Program-made: the position numbers and the translations under genes
From: Dipteris shenzhenensis
Taxonomy: Eukaryota
NCBI GenBank assembly: GCA_047967505.1
Contig: CM106538.1
Direction: 5' to 3' (one strand)
DNA: 64,000 bases
Notes under the pieces: model-generated
The model's database searches: none
What the model saw: only the letters and a program-made list of their open reading frames with translations
What the model was told of the DNA's origin: nothing
In this document: positions 14,901 through 29,700 of the stretch, piece by piece
How positions within the stretch are numbered: the stretch's first letter is position 1
How the letters are laid out: each line of letters opens with the position of its first letter

Positions 14901-17900
14901 AAATATCTAGTGTATGGTTACACATGTTCGTCGCGTAGGGATATAGCAACCTATGACTGTACATAGTACAACAGATCAAGTTACAAAAGGTACTAAGTTT
15001 AAAGCTTACCGAAAAGCCTCAAACTTAGGTCGAGGTAGAGCCTTCGTAAAAAGATCTGTCAAGTTGTCTTCAGTGGGAACATAAGATAACTCAATATCAC
15101 CTGCTGATAATCACTCTCTGACATAGCGATAGTGAACCTCAATGTGCTTTGTGTGAGCATGGAAAACTGGATTCCGTGCAATAGCCAAAGCACTCTGACT
15201 ATTAGTGAAGATGACAGTAGGAGCAGTCCAACATGCACAAAGATCTGCAAGTAGCTTTCGAAGCCAAACACACTCCACTGAAGCTGTAAAAGCCACTTTG
15301 TACTCAACTTCACAGCTAGAAGTATCAATTGTACTCTACTTCTTGCTGGACCAAGAAACATAAGAAGTACCAAGCATAAAACAGTTGCCACTATGTGACA
15401 TACGAGTGTCAGAACAACCAGCCCAATCACTATCAGTAAATCCATGCATGACAAGTGAAGTATCATCCCCATAAAGAAGGCCTAAATGCTGAGTGCCTTT
15501 AAGATATCTGAAAACATGCTTCACGGCATGCCAATGGTGCATAGATGGACTGTGCATATATCTCCTCAACTGTGAGACAACATACTGTAGATCAGGTCTT
15601 GTATGGCATAGGTAAATCAGACAACCAACTACCTACTGATAGAGAGTGACATCACATGTACCGCTACCACCCTCAAAAGAGAAGTGAAAACCAGTCTCTA
15701 ATGGTGTGGATACTTGCTTGCAATCCTCAAACTGAAAACGCTGCAAAAGCTGTCCAATGTACTTGGATTGTGACATCAAAATGCCCCCCTCACGGCTAGC
15801 AAATTGGATGCCCAGATAGTAGTGCACAAGACCAAGATCAGACATGGCAAATATCTTCTGCAAATCTGCAGTGAAGGTGAATGGGGAAGTGAGAGAAAGC
15901 CACGGAAGGCAGGGGGAGATAGAGAAGGAATAGGGGAGGGAAGTAGAGAGAACAAGACTGGAAGTACACAAGTGATGAAGGAAGCAAGGAGAAGTGGATT
16001 AGACGTCAAATCAATAGGCCCTTACAATCCTTTTGGGTTGACTTATATAGTCCCCCACAGTTTCCACATTTCCCCTACTATTCTCCCATCTATTTCCCCC
16101 TTAAAATCCATCTTTTTCCCACCTTCATTACAAAATCGAGCTTAAAATCTACAATTTACTGAGCATGTGTCCTAGTCACAAGCATGTCATCCACATAAAG
16201 AACTAAAATCAGCAAATATGTCCCACGCTTGCGGATGTAAAGGGTATCCTCTGTAGGGCTGTTCTGAAAGCCAAGAGTGAGCAAATGAGTATGAGTATGA
16301 GCAAGCCGGAGGTGCCTCCTTCAAGCCATAGAGGGATTTTTTAAAGCGGCATACCTTGCTTTTAGTACCTTGAATCTCAAAGCCAGGAGGTTGGGAAACA
16401 TAGAATTCTTCATGCAAATACCCATGAAGGAAATCTGTCTTGATATCAAGCTGGTGTGCCTCCCAATGAAAGTGGGTAGCAAAGGCAATAACAATGCGAA
16501 TGGTAGTGATCCTGAAAGTGGGAGCAAAAGTCAATGCCATGCTGCTGAGCATAGCGCTTAGCAACAAGATGGGCTTTGTAACGGTCCACTGAACCATCGG
16601 CTTTCCGTTTGATCTTGTAAGCCCACTTAGTTCCAATGGCATTCGTGCCATGAGGCAAATCACACAACTCCCAAGTGTCCTTCTGATGGATAGAATCCGA
16701 TTCAGCTTGCATGGCCTTCATCCAACAATCATTCTCAAAGGCATCTTGATGACATAAGGCCTCTTCATTGCATGCTGTAGCAACCAAAGCATAAGCAACA
16801 AAACTAGCATGCTCTTTCCGGAGAGCTGCTCTCATACGGGCTGGCAGTGGAGTGTCTTATTTGCTGTCTTTTAATGTGTCAAGGAGCCAACGGGGTATCT
16901 TTTTGGGCTCCTGAATTTCTGCTCTTTCCTCGTCAAGAGCCCTGTGCAAATGATCCTGATCAATGATAGGCATATCAGACTGAATTTCTAGCTGCACATG
17001 TGGTTGCAAATGACCAACAAATGGAGGAGGGACAACCTCATATGGAACATCATCCCGAGCATCGGATGGAAACAAAGGCATCAAGCTGTCAAATATGTCT
17101 AGGGCATCAACAACGGGGTGTTTTTGACAGTCCAGCAAAGGCATAGTCGAAGATTCATCAAACACAACATCCCGACTGACAAAACACTTGTCCGTGCGGG
17201 GTGATATGGCTTATAGCCCCTGCTCTTTGAACTATACCTTAAAAAAATGCATTTAACAGGTTTATCATCCAACTTAGTGCGTTTTTGTGAAGGCACATGG
17301 GCATAAGCTAGGCATCCAAAAGTCCTCATGTGGGAAATGCGAGGCTTACGACCTGTCCAAGCCTCATAAGGTGTGATAGTCTGCAATGCCTTTGTAGGAC
17401 ATGTATTCAAGATGCAATTTGCACACATGACCGCATCCAACCGCAACTTATTAGGAAAATGCTTCCCTTTCAACATGCATCTGGCCATTTCCATCACCAT
17501 TTCCATCACTGATCTATTCTTCCACTCAGCCACGGGATTCTATTGAGGAATATAAGGCACAGTGCATCAATGATTGATGCCATGGGAGGCCAAAAAAACA
17601 GCAAACTCCTTCGACATGTATTCACCCCCCTTGTCTGTATTAATGTAAGCAATGTGCAGCCCACCCTCATTCTCAGCCAAGGCAATAAAGTGCTTGAATC
17701 ATGAAGAAACATCAGATTTGGATTTCGATGGGAAAATTCAAGTGTGCCTAGAACCCCCCAAGTGCTGCAACCCTCATGGGTCCACAAACATTACTATGAA
17801 CCAGATAAAGCTTGCGTAAAGCACCAACTCTCCCATCCTTGGGAAACGCAGCACGGAGCATCTTACCAAGCAAGCATGGTTCACTAACATGTTTGGTAGG

Positions 17901-20900
17901 CATATGCATTTTGGGAAGATCCACAACCATATCTTCCTTATATAACTTCACCAAGGCTCCAAAATTGAAGTGTCCAAACCTCTCATGCCACAAATGAGTA
18001 TCTGCCATGATAGAATCAATAGCAAAGGCATGTGCATCGGCAAGTGCAGCATCATCATCCGAACATCTGTCATAAGCATCAAGTCTATAAAGACCTCTTG
18101 ACAATGTGCTAGTCAAAACCATGGTAAAGGCATGTGTAGCATCATACACTGCACACCTAACACCATCAAAAAGAACCTGAAAGCCACATGTAGCAATGGC
18201 TAAAATAGAAATGAGGTTCTTACGAATGCCTGGAACATAAAGCACATGCTCTAGAGTGACAATACCACCAGAGACATAAGTAAGAGCAGCTTGCCCAATA
18301 CCTTTCACGGTATATGATGCATTATTGGCACATGTAGCACTTCCCCCCTTAGATGTAAGCTCCAATGAGCTGAATAACTTCATGTAGGAAGTGATGTGCT
18401 TGCTAGCACCACTATCAAAGAACCAAGCATCACGAACATCTGAAATAGCATCATGAACATCAAGATTACACTGACATGTAACCAAGAAAGCCCAATGCTG
18501 GTCTTGTGCGAAATTAGCGGACTCATGTCGATCTTCTGCACTAGAAGAACCAGATACTACAAGACCAGACTCTTTCTTTTTCTTTTCAAATGCTATGCAC
18601 TTCCTGCATTCAAAAATATCATGCCCACGTTTCCTACAATAATTACATCTCTTCTTCTTTTTGTTGTCCCCTAATGAAGAGGCACCATGTGAATGATCAG
18701 AATGGGAATGAGAGGATTTTCCAGCTGAAACCTTCCCTTTACCTTTTTGTTTGTGATGGGCAGCAAATGCTTGATCACTAGCCATAGTAGCATTGTGATT
18801 CACACAACTTTGCTCCTCCTGAAGAAGAAGAGCAACAAGCTGGTCAAATGAGAAATGATTGGCATCACCCCTTGCAACCAACCTCAAAAGCCTTGATATG
18901 AATCAAGCAACCCATCAAGAGTATTAGAAACCAGCTGAGAATCAGGGATAATCTCACAATGTTGGCCAAGTGCTCTTTCAAATCCTTCACATTAGTGAGA
19001 AAGGCATCCATGTTACCACCCTCATCAAGCTTTAAATATTTCAACTGCCTGCGAAGATAGGCAACCCTCGCCTCATTCCGCACCTGATACAAAGATGCAA
19101 GCTGATCCCATGCTTGCTTAGCTGTCTTGCAAGACCGAATATGAGGGATAATAACCCGTTTCACTGAAAGAGCAATCAAGGCATGTGCTATGGCATCACA
19201 ACCATCCCACTGAATTTGCTCCTGTGAAGGAGGCAAAGCACCTGGAGCAGGAGGTGTAGATGTCCTAGCAGTAGCATTAGAACCATCACTTGAAAACCCA
19301 TCACCTGAAAAAGCAGAAGCTGTAGGTGTAGCACCAGTAACAGTGCGTGTAGGCCTAGCCTCAGAACCTGAAACAATATGCCATAGATTCTTGGCAACCA
19401 AAACATGTCCCATCATGTATGACCACATGGGATAATTGGTGCCATCAAGCTTATCATCAGCCCCAATCATTCCAAACAGATCATCCTTGTGGCTAGCCAT
19501 TGATGCAAAAGGAGTGCAAATGATAGCACTATTGACAAAGGGAATGCAAATGACTGCACAAACCTCAAGGCTTTACTGCAAGATTGCAATAACCAACCCC
19601 AAAAAAACTAAAATGTTATGACCTTCAATGCACCAGAGTGCATTTACAAGGCCCAAACACGAAGGTAGATTGAGAATGCTACTCCAAAAATGCCTCAGAA
19701 GGCTCCAAAATCAAGATCCGGTGGTGGAAAAGACCTCAAACAAATGCTGGCAATCCCGTACAACCTGTAAATGCACTGCTGTCAATTCCATACAGAAGTA
19801 CAGCAGCATTAAATGCGTCAGAAGAATTGGCACAAATTCCGAGGCAGGTCCGTACAGCAGTCAATGGCCTGTCAGCAATCCGTACATGCTGTAAATGCAC
19901 CTGTCTGCAGTTCGTACTGTATTAAATGATGCCATACAGGTCTGTACTGCTGGCACGAGCCCCGATGTGGACCAAAATGCTGGGAAAAGGCTGCTGCAGA
20001 TTCCAGACAGGTCCGTACCACATGCCTTGAATGAATGCAGCAAATAATGTTGTACAGCTCTGACAGTCTGTGTACGGATGCCCGTACTGCAGTAAAATGC
20101 AGTCTGCAATGCCTTCGTACAGCAATCAATGCTCTTGTCGGAGACCGTACTGCATTTAATGGACCTGACAGCAGTAAATGAGGCCGTACACAGCAGTCAA
20201 TGAGGCTGTACACAGCGCCGTACAGTCACAGGTGCCACAGCAACAGTCCGTATAGCACTAATGGCAGCTGTCAGCATCCGTACCAACAATAAATGAAGCC
20301 TGCTGTCCGTACAGACTACAATGTATGGACGGCTGTACACCACAAGCGCAAATGCACTGAAAATGCAGAGCCAGCTGAAGAATGTTCACTTGTGGCAGAC
20401 GAAAATGCAGTAGCAGCCTGAAAGTAGAGGTTTTGGTGACAGAACTGTACAGAGCAGCATTCAATTCAATGCCCACACGTGTGACGAAAAGCTTCCGTAC
20501 AGCTTGAAAAGACTGTCAAAACAGCTCCAAAGGCGAGGACAAAGCTCGGGGAGGCTGCCAATGGCTGGAGGGTTGAACCCTAACCTGCTCTGATACCACT
20601 GTTGGGTGTGACAGGCAATGGAAACCCAGAAAAAGAGAGATAGAAAGCCAAAAACGAGCTGCTATGATCAAAATGCTGCAAGTACAAGTGTGGAGGCTCA
20701 AGGGAGAGCCAACATAACAAAACCCTAGGGCTAACTGCCCGAACTGGACTAAGTGTTCTAACTAACCTAGATGGTACATAAACTAACTGTACCAATAGTC
20801 CTAACTGACTATAACTAGGCCTACAAGGCTCATACCAAGGTATAAGTGGCATCTATGGATAGCCCATGAGATGGCGTACAATCAAATGTGGCTTTCGATT

Positions 20901-23900
20901 CTCCCTGAGACATAAGTTGGTACTAGAGTTTCTAAGATTGCTTAACCCCTCTCCATACACTCAAAATATTCTAATCTCTTATGCCCCCTACGTGATGACC
21001 TATAACTTGACATAACCTTTTTCCTCTCCATCTCACTCAATATAACTCCACTTTTTGAGCCGTCTAGACCCGCATTCTTGTCTTGACTAATCCTATTGAT
21101 AAGCGTACCAACTTGGAAAATATTGGGTACTCATGTCGGCCATGCACATATAATATAATGAGCAAGAGGAGATCACCTTGTAGCAATGTGTAGAGGTTGG
21201 CACTAGATAAGCTTGGATTGACTCTAATAGTGGATTGACTCCAATAGTGGCGATGAGCTGGTCAATCCTATTATACCAAGCTCTTGGGGCCTTTTCCAGC
21301 CCGAATAACGCCTTCTTCGACTTGCACAGCAACTGCTTGCGGACCTCATGTCCATCTGCAATAGTGGCCAACCATGATGGGCCGCTACATACAACACTAT
21401 CCGAATGGGTTTCATGTGGGCTTTAGGAGCAAAGTCCCATCGTAGTTCAGCCCCTTGACCTGAGCATACCCTTTTGCATCAACTTGTCCTTTTACTTGTC
21501 CAAAGTGCCCTCAAACTTATCACTGACCTACGCCTTCTACTTCAATGGTCGTGGAGTGAGTGTAGGCCCAAAATGGGTCATTGAGAGGAGATGTTGGAAT
21601 ATGAAGGTTCTTGCCCACTTGTGAGGCCCCAAATGATTGTGGCAAAGGAGCATGACACCTCCAAGATATTATGGAAAGAGATAGGTACCATGCGGGCAAT
21701 TGTAGAGGCTTCCAAATGGGGAGATGTGAGAGGCTCCAAGATATTCGGTAAAAAGACGAATGCCATGCAGGCAATTGTAGAGGCTTCCAAATGAGCATAA
21801 CTTTAGACTGTCTACTTGGTTGTCTACTTCTAGTCTTGTGTGCGTTTTTATGACTTGCGTGCACATGTCTGTGTGAGACACCCATGACGAGGCTAGAAAG
21901 CACACTTGGACTGAGTTCTGCAATGTCCTCCACAAAGGACTATTTGAAACAGTCCAAAAACATAGCAATCTATTATATGAGCAATCCTTCCAAAATGTTG
22001 AAAAAGAGGAAAAGAAGGAAAAACCTGCATTGACGAGCTGTAATCTTCCGCAGCCCGAAGAAGCTCTACTAGCTGAACTGCAGCATCAAGGGCGTCCGGT
22101 GCCCATGATGGGGGTGCCTCCAGAAGACCTAGAAAGAGTCGCTGAGTTGCACCAGGTGTGGCAATTGCATAGTACCTGAAATCAGGATTCCAAAACTCAA
22201 ACAAAGTTTCTACAAATAAGTTTAAAAACCCTATATCAACTGTATAAAGGAATACCATTGGTGTATACGTGTTCAGGATCACCTATGAAATAATCGGGCA
22301 TATGGCTCGAGTGGTGGTAATCCTGAAACCAAATGCTCATCCATAGCCGTTGCTGGAGGAGGAAGTAACAAGGCTGGGACAGCAGCAGCTGTGAGGTCAG
22401 CTGTTTCATACCGAGAATCTTCATCATCACATACACTAAGAATCACTGCAGCTCCATTGGCAACAGCCCATCGAGGAGTTGATGGCATCAACTGAGGTTG
22501 TTTTCCTGGTCCACGAGCACCAACTGCACAAGAACGACAATTCAAGCATCACTGACTCGATCCTCTCACAGGATAAAACTACAGCTCTGCTGCTGATATT
22601 TCAACGAGAAAAAGCTGGTAGCAAATCGCAGCCTTCTTCATCCATTCAGAAAACTGAGCTTGGGTACTTGGAATCAGGGTGATGAAACATATCTGGCACC
22701 TGTTGTTGGAGGTTTTAATTCTCCCCCTGCAGCATACTTCCCCATTACACCTCCGCACCTAAATGAACAAGAACTCAATAAGAAAGTTCCCAAACCTTTG
22801 CAAAAAAGATTCATATTTCAGCAAGCAACTTTGTAGACATGAGCATGGTAAAACTACAGCCTAAACATCACTTAAGTGGCCAATATTCCTGAGATTCAGA
22901 TACACATGACTAGAAAAGGACAGTCAACAGAAAGCATACCATCGGAAATAATCACTCCTGACGCCTAAAGGTGCAGCAAGTAAACTATCTGTTATCCATG
23001 GAGTTAACAGTCTAGTTGGAGTTTTTCTGTCATAATCACGATGAACCCCAGCTTCCTCAACTCGGCGATCTAAAGCTGCACTGCTGGAACTGGCTGCACT
23101 ATCCAGGATCGTACTGGACCTCGAGCCAGCAGGAGCGTTATCAGCTTTGTAAATTGGCCGATTGTAGTGAGTTAAGACTCTAAGAATTTCTCCACAAGCA
23201 AGGGCCCACTGCTCAGACAAGTCTTTCTGCAAATGCTTTATGAAACCAGGAGGACTTTCTCAAGTAAGAAAGACTTTCAAGTCTCAATCTAATGACAGCA
23301 TGTCCAAAGATTGAAAGAAGACAGGAAATTTTTTCCCAAACCAAGAAGGGGAGACATTCTGAAACTTTTCAAGTGGGCAGAAAATATAAATGGACATAAG
23401 AAGACAGACAAATTAAAGACATTTGAATTTCAGGACACAATTCACCTTGAAGACATACCTCACAAGACGGGCTGAACAAAGAGATAAATGACCGAAATGG
23501 TGGAGTATTTTTGTCATACAAGAGGGTTCCATCAATGATGCAAGACAATAACGCATGCAAAATAGCATGACCATGCTCTGGGTGGTGTAAAATAAATCTT
23601 GCTGCAATACAAGACCAATATTCTGTTATGTTATGGAAGTAAAATCTTGTAAAGGTAAGCATAGGAAGACAACACATGTTTGACAAGCAAATACACAAAA
23701 TTGATAAACTTTACCGAGGACATCATCCAGCAGACACACTTCTTCATGAGGATAATGATTGCGCACAAGCTGCAAACTCATTTTGCATGCAAAGGAAATC
23801 AGAAGTGTTCATATAGACAGCTTTTCTGAAAGATGAGGAGTAAATTACAGCAGATAAAATAAAATAAGATCAATATATGCATGTTTGCTCTTTAGCTTAT

Positions 23901-26704
23901 TCATCAAAATTACCTCGCTGATGTCATTGCCAAAGGCCTCGGAAGCGAACTGACCAAACAGTTCGACATAAGCCAATATTTCTGTCTGCAAATGCATCCA
24001 AACACGTATGAGTGATACAACCATGCAACAGTCTAATTTACATCCAACCGGAAAGAGCGGGGCGTGCGCAAGGGGAGGGGGGGGAGAGGGTGTTTCCAAA
24101 CCAATCACATGTCCTCTCTTCCACACTTGATGCTCTCTTTTTCAGTTATGCCAATATATATGTGTCAACCTCTACAACTAGAACCAGCAAGCTAGAAATA
24201 TGCCTAACAAATGGTAAAACTATCTGACAGGTCAAGTCTATGTTTTGAAACAGTGCAGTCAAAATGCATGCCCTGCTGTGTGCGGATCTTGCGATGGGGC
24301 TGTGAAGGCAAAAGGCGGGTGATCAAGGGTGTGGAAGTGATCAAATTAACTCAAGCTCGTTTTCCAGGAAAGTTGCAGGAAACAAACAGGATCTCATATA
24401 AATTTCAGAAATCATCCTCAAAAGGTCTCATCCTTTATTGAATTTTTGTATATGGGCTGCTTGTCAAGACATAGAGCTGTAAGATGATTTTGCTTATAAA
24501 ATCTTGACCATAGCTTTCCCAAAATCAATAAGCACTTAACTGCTAATGAAGAGAGGGAATGTAATATTTGATGTTCAAAATCTTTGAACGCACGATGCTT
24601 CAATTTGCATATCTCTGTTCTATCGAGTATTGTAAATGTATATATAGATTGCCTTACCATTTGTGAACCCCTTGTCTGAACATCATACTACATTGTCCAG
24701 GGTGTCCTATTCACACAGTTCAATGATGGATGGGATGCGAAGCCTTTACCTATTAGGACCCCGACTTCTTTGGTAGCAAGATGACTGCCAAGAAGCAATT
24801 TGCATATCTCTGTTCTATCGAGTATTGTAAATGTATATATAGATTGCCTTACCATTTGTGAACCCCTTGTCTGAACATCATACTACATTGTCCAGGGTGT
24901 CCTATTCACACAGTTGAATGATGGATGGGATGCGAAGCCTTTACCTATTAGGACCCCGACTTCTTTGGTAGCAAGATGACTGCCAAGAAACAATCTTCCC
25001 ATCTAGAGGTAAAAATCTGAGTTGATTTGGAATGGAGGACACTATATGCCTTCATAAGACTCGAATATATCCAATCTTACAATCAAAAAAATTTTATAGA
25101 AACAAGCGAAGGAGCAAAGGAAAGGGAGTTTGTATATCACCAAATTTATGAGTAAAAAGGAAAAAAAAAAAGGTTTTTTTTTTTTTTTTTTTGGGGGGGG
25201 TGGGGGGTTGGAGAGGATGCTTGATGCTATCTCTGCCAGTATGTATGTGAGTCTTCCTCCGGCGAGCTAGCACTTGTCCGAGAGGAGTGCACTGTGGAAG
25301 CATGCAAGAGAGAGAAAGAAAGAAAGATATATAAACATCCTCGAAAGGCCTCATGGGCCTATGGGACAAAGTACATCAAGAGAAGAAACTCATACAACCC
25401 TCTGCAGAGATAGAGGCAATGGCAACTGTATATATAGCAAAGGAGTACACCAGCAAAGCAAAAGAGAAATACTATGGAAGCGATAACACAAATTGGGCAA
25501 GGCTATAAATAGCCTACCATGTAGACCGACCCAAGGGCAGCCAACTGGCCACCCTAGGGCCAATCAGCAGACCAGGCTGGTCGGTTGACCTGACCTCTAG
25601 GTCGGTGTGACCTGACCAGGGTTAGGGCCATAAATGGCCTGCCTACCAGCCCTAGAGGCTGGGGCCAAAAAACACCCCCAACAGCCTTGAAAAAGGTGCT
25701 TTGAAAAAAGGCCTCCAATCTCAGCCTATCCTCACAAAAATAAGGGCGCGCACACACCTGAAAGCCCTCACTCACTATGAGGTGCATATAACTCCAACAC
25801 CCTCCCTCGCAGCTCATGGTGAGCATATAATCTGAATAAAGATGTCGATGACAATGCAACCATGGACTCTCCAACACTAGTATACCAGATTCACCTCGGA
25901 GAGAGCACCAAATAACTTGGATCCTCAAACAAAAATACCTCCTCGAACACAGAAATGTCCTCAAATGTGATTTCCCAAGCCAGACGCACTGAAGTCCTAG
26001 TGGGGTATAATGATATGTGGTACCCACGGCGAGCTATATCCTCCAATGAGCTCATTCGAACGCTGATACTCACCAAGTGTAGTCTCTGCGCCACCAAACA
26101 ATGAGCCTCAAACTCAACTACTCCATAGCTCAACATTGTTACCTTGCCTGCCATGATGTCAACTCATTAGGGCTAGAAGCAGCCCACATACCCTCCCACT
26201 AGCCCTCCCCAAATGTGACCCGTAGGAGGACCCAGAACTAGCGCTAGAACGCAGGGGTAGTGATGGCCATAACAGCCTTGGAACCTCCAAGCTGACAAGA
26301 GGAATCCGACTTTGAGTCCTAGTCCTTGGATTTCCATTTTTGGCCAGATGTCCTCGTTTAGCGCATTTAAAACACTTGCTTTGTTTCTTCTTGTGCTCAC
26401 TGCTCAGTTACAAGGGCTTCACCGCCACCTGAAGTAGCACCTACAGTCACACTAAAAGTAATCCTGAGCTTCTCCTGGGAGATAAGAGCAGACGAATCCT
26501 CTACAAGAAGGGAACTCAGATTAACAAAGTCTAATTTGTGTGTTGTGACCTGGCTCCTCAATGCTCATGCAACCATGTCATAATCTGGAGGGAGCTTCAC
26601 AAGGATGAGCACGCCAACTGACTCGAAGTCAAATCAACACCCATAGCCAATACAACCTAGAAATCTGATACCATGTGAGAGTGCAGTGCATTGCAGTGCG
26701 AAAG

Positions 26705-26763
<59 letters not shown>

Positions 26764-29700
26764 ATCTGCACATATAGAGGCAATGGGAACTGTATATATA
26801 AGAGGAACACATCTGCAGAGCAGGAGAGAAACACTCCAGAAGTGATAGCGTGAAGAGGAGTGGGCAGGGCTATAAATAGCCTGTCACGTAGACTGACCTA
26901 GGGCCCAGGGGCAGCCAACTGGCCAACCGCAGGGCCAGTCAACAACCATGCTGGTAGGTTGGCCCAACCTCTAGGTCAGTGTAACCAGACCAGGGTTAGG
27001 GCCATAAATGGCCTGGCCTACCAGCCCTAGAGGCTGGGCCAAGCAGCCTCCCCATAGCCTTGAGAAAGGCCTCCAATCTCAGCCTATCCTCACAGAAATA
27101 AGACGGCCACACTCACACAAAAGCCCTCACTTACTATGAGATGCATATAACTCCAACAGCACTATGCCTAACACATGGTAAAACTATCTGACAGTTTCGA
27201 GTCTGTACTTTGAAACAGAGGAGTCACAATGGATGCCCTGCTCTGTGTGGACTTGTCCTGGGGCTGTAAAGGCAAAAGGAAGGGGTGTGGAAGTAATCAA
27301 ATTAACTCAAGCTCATTTTCCAGAAAATTACAAAATCTCTTATAAATCTCGGAAATCCTCAAAACAAGGTCTCATCCTTTTGTTGAATTTTTGTCTGCAG
27401 GGTACTTGTCAAGATAGAGAGGCATAAGATGATTTTGCTTATTGAATCTTGACCATACCTTTGCCAAAAATGATTTTGCTTATAAAATGATATAGAGGCA
27501 TAAGATGAATTTGCTTATAAAACATTGACCATATCTTTCCCAAAAAGCAAGAAGTACTTAGGTCATTTAGCTTTTCAAAGGGTAAATCATTTATGAATAC
27601 TGTGGGTGACTTTTGGAGAGCACTGTGGCATCACTTCGATCTTCCTGGCATCCATAATGGTGATACATAATGAGCACTGCAAGTGAGGAGGTGGACACAA
27701 TATGGACATAGAGCACAGGATGCAACCTAATGAAGAGAGGAATTGTAGTATTTGATATTGCAATTCTATGAACCAACGATGCTTCAATTTGCATATTTTT
27801 GTTCTATCGACAGTTGTAAATGTATGTAACAATTGCAATCCCATTTGTGAACCACTTGTTTGAATGTCACAATACATTGTCAGGGCTGTCCCCGAAGGTG
27901 GTGGAAGGATGGGATGTGAAGCCTTTACCTATTAAGACCCCAACTTCTTTTGGTAGCAATGTTGCCTGACAAGAAAGAATCTTCCCATTTGAGGTAAAAA
28001 ATCTCAGTTGATTTGGAATCGAGGATGAGTATACATGCCTTTATAAGACTAGAATATATCCAATCTGACAAACTAAATAATTTTATTGAAGAAGCAAAAG
28101 AACAAAACAAATTTAAGAGTAAAAGAGAAAAATAGAAAATAATAATAACTTAGTAAGCAAAGCTACGCTTAGTAATTGAATGAGAGAAGCAGGCTTTCAA
28201 ACAAAGTTATTGGAGGTTAAGCCTAAGACAGGAGAAAGAAACAAAGGTATTGGGCGATCTCTGAAGAAATCCTAATTAAACAACCTGAAGTTAGAGTTTT
28301 CACCAAAAAAGCAACAATGTATCGTTATCGCATCACTGAAAAGATTCCCTGGGGTGTTCAGCTATTAAACCTGCTACCCTGTTTGCTGAGATGGCAGCAC
28401 TGCCACGTTTACCTGCTGCTGCACCTGTGAACACTGCTGCTGCTCCTGCTGTCCAGCCATGGGGCGCTTCATGAAAGTTGTCTCCATGGTCACACAGGTG
28501 TACTAGCAGATGTACTTGCTATTCTCAAAAGCTTATGACATGGCTTCCCTCTGCTACTCATGGGTTGGCACATGTGCTTTATTTATATCCATGCTGTCCA
28601 TTCTAGGTGCCCTAGCTGAATAGAGAGCCAGTGATGACACAACGTCCTATAAAAGATATCCTATGGACAATGAATCTGACAAACTGGAGCTTTTGTAGGC
28701 CACTCCATTTCAATCAGGCTCTAAAGTCAGAGACATAAGCTGCACTGTTTGAAATTCTCTGTGACCTTGGCTTCGGGACAGATGATGGCTGCCAAGAAAT
28801 AATCCTCCAGAAAAGAAGAGCTTAACTCATTTGCCCTTTCCTTAGAATTTGGAGATTTTTAGCACTTGATTTGAGACCTGATTACCTGCCTAGGGCCAGA
28901 GTCCACAGTCTCCTTGAATGTCAGGGACCTTGTGTTGTTGCCATCCTGATCTGACTACAGATCAGTGTTGCTGTTGCTGCTTTAAGCCAGATGTGGTTTG
29001 CTGCCACATCAAAGTTATTATGCGTGTTGCTGTTCCTGTTGCTGCTTGAAACCAGATGTGCTTTTTTGCTGCCACAACTCCAACCAGCTCTTTTCCTGCT
29101 TCGCTGTTGGATCCACAGAAGTCAGCTCTTCCCAGAGCTGTCAAAGAATAATTCTCTGAGCTGCAGCAGTTGTGTCATCTTAGCATATGCGCAGGCCAGA
29201 CGTGACCAAACCCACCAAATATGAAGCCTCCCATACCACGAGCTTGTGGAAAGTACTCTTTACTCCTCAACAAGCACCAAGGAGCTCGCATCCAACAATT
29301 TCCTATGGCGACCACAAACAAATGGGCCAGTGCTTCCCCCTGCCCAATACCAAATGAGATCGCATTTTTCTCAGTACTGCAGACATGACAGTCACTGAGC
29401 CCTGCAAACCTGACAACTAAGTTCTGCATAATGGACCATGTGGCCTCCGAACAAGTAAAGCAACTGAGTAAAAGAGCACAATTCCCCTGGGTTGCAAGGG
29501 ATTCCAAGCCAACATTCAACTCAATCCAAAGCTGCAGTCATGATTATCACTGCTCTGGTGAGCTCTGCAAACCTGAGAACCAAGGTTCTACATAATGAAC
29601 CATGTGGCCTTCCGCTACTGAGTGAAAGAGGGCAGCTAGTATTCAATTCTGGACTGAGTCAATTAACAAGTACCCGCTTGTGAGAGATTTGAGCTTACAT

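Larger units (their letters stand above)
13640..21545 (-). mobile_element. Old, heavily degenerate Copia RT/RNaseH remnant interrupted by later insertions
   Basis: KGYAQVKGLNYDGTFAP and GWPLLQMD at ~21350-21500; RAWYNRID at ~21270; RT resumes at ~14234 (LQNEFEMT..LGME) and SDWG appears at ~13710. Confidence 0.75.
24126..28130. repeat. ~1-kb tandem segmental duplication in GI intron 1 (copy A ~24126-25170; copy B ~25219-25274 plus 27164-28130)
   Basis: Collinear matches such as ATGCCTAAC..ATGGTAAAACTATCTGACAG, GGGTGTGGAAGT.ATCAAATTAACTCAAGCTC and GAAGCCTTTACCTATTA in both copies. Confidence 0.88.
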
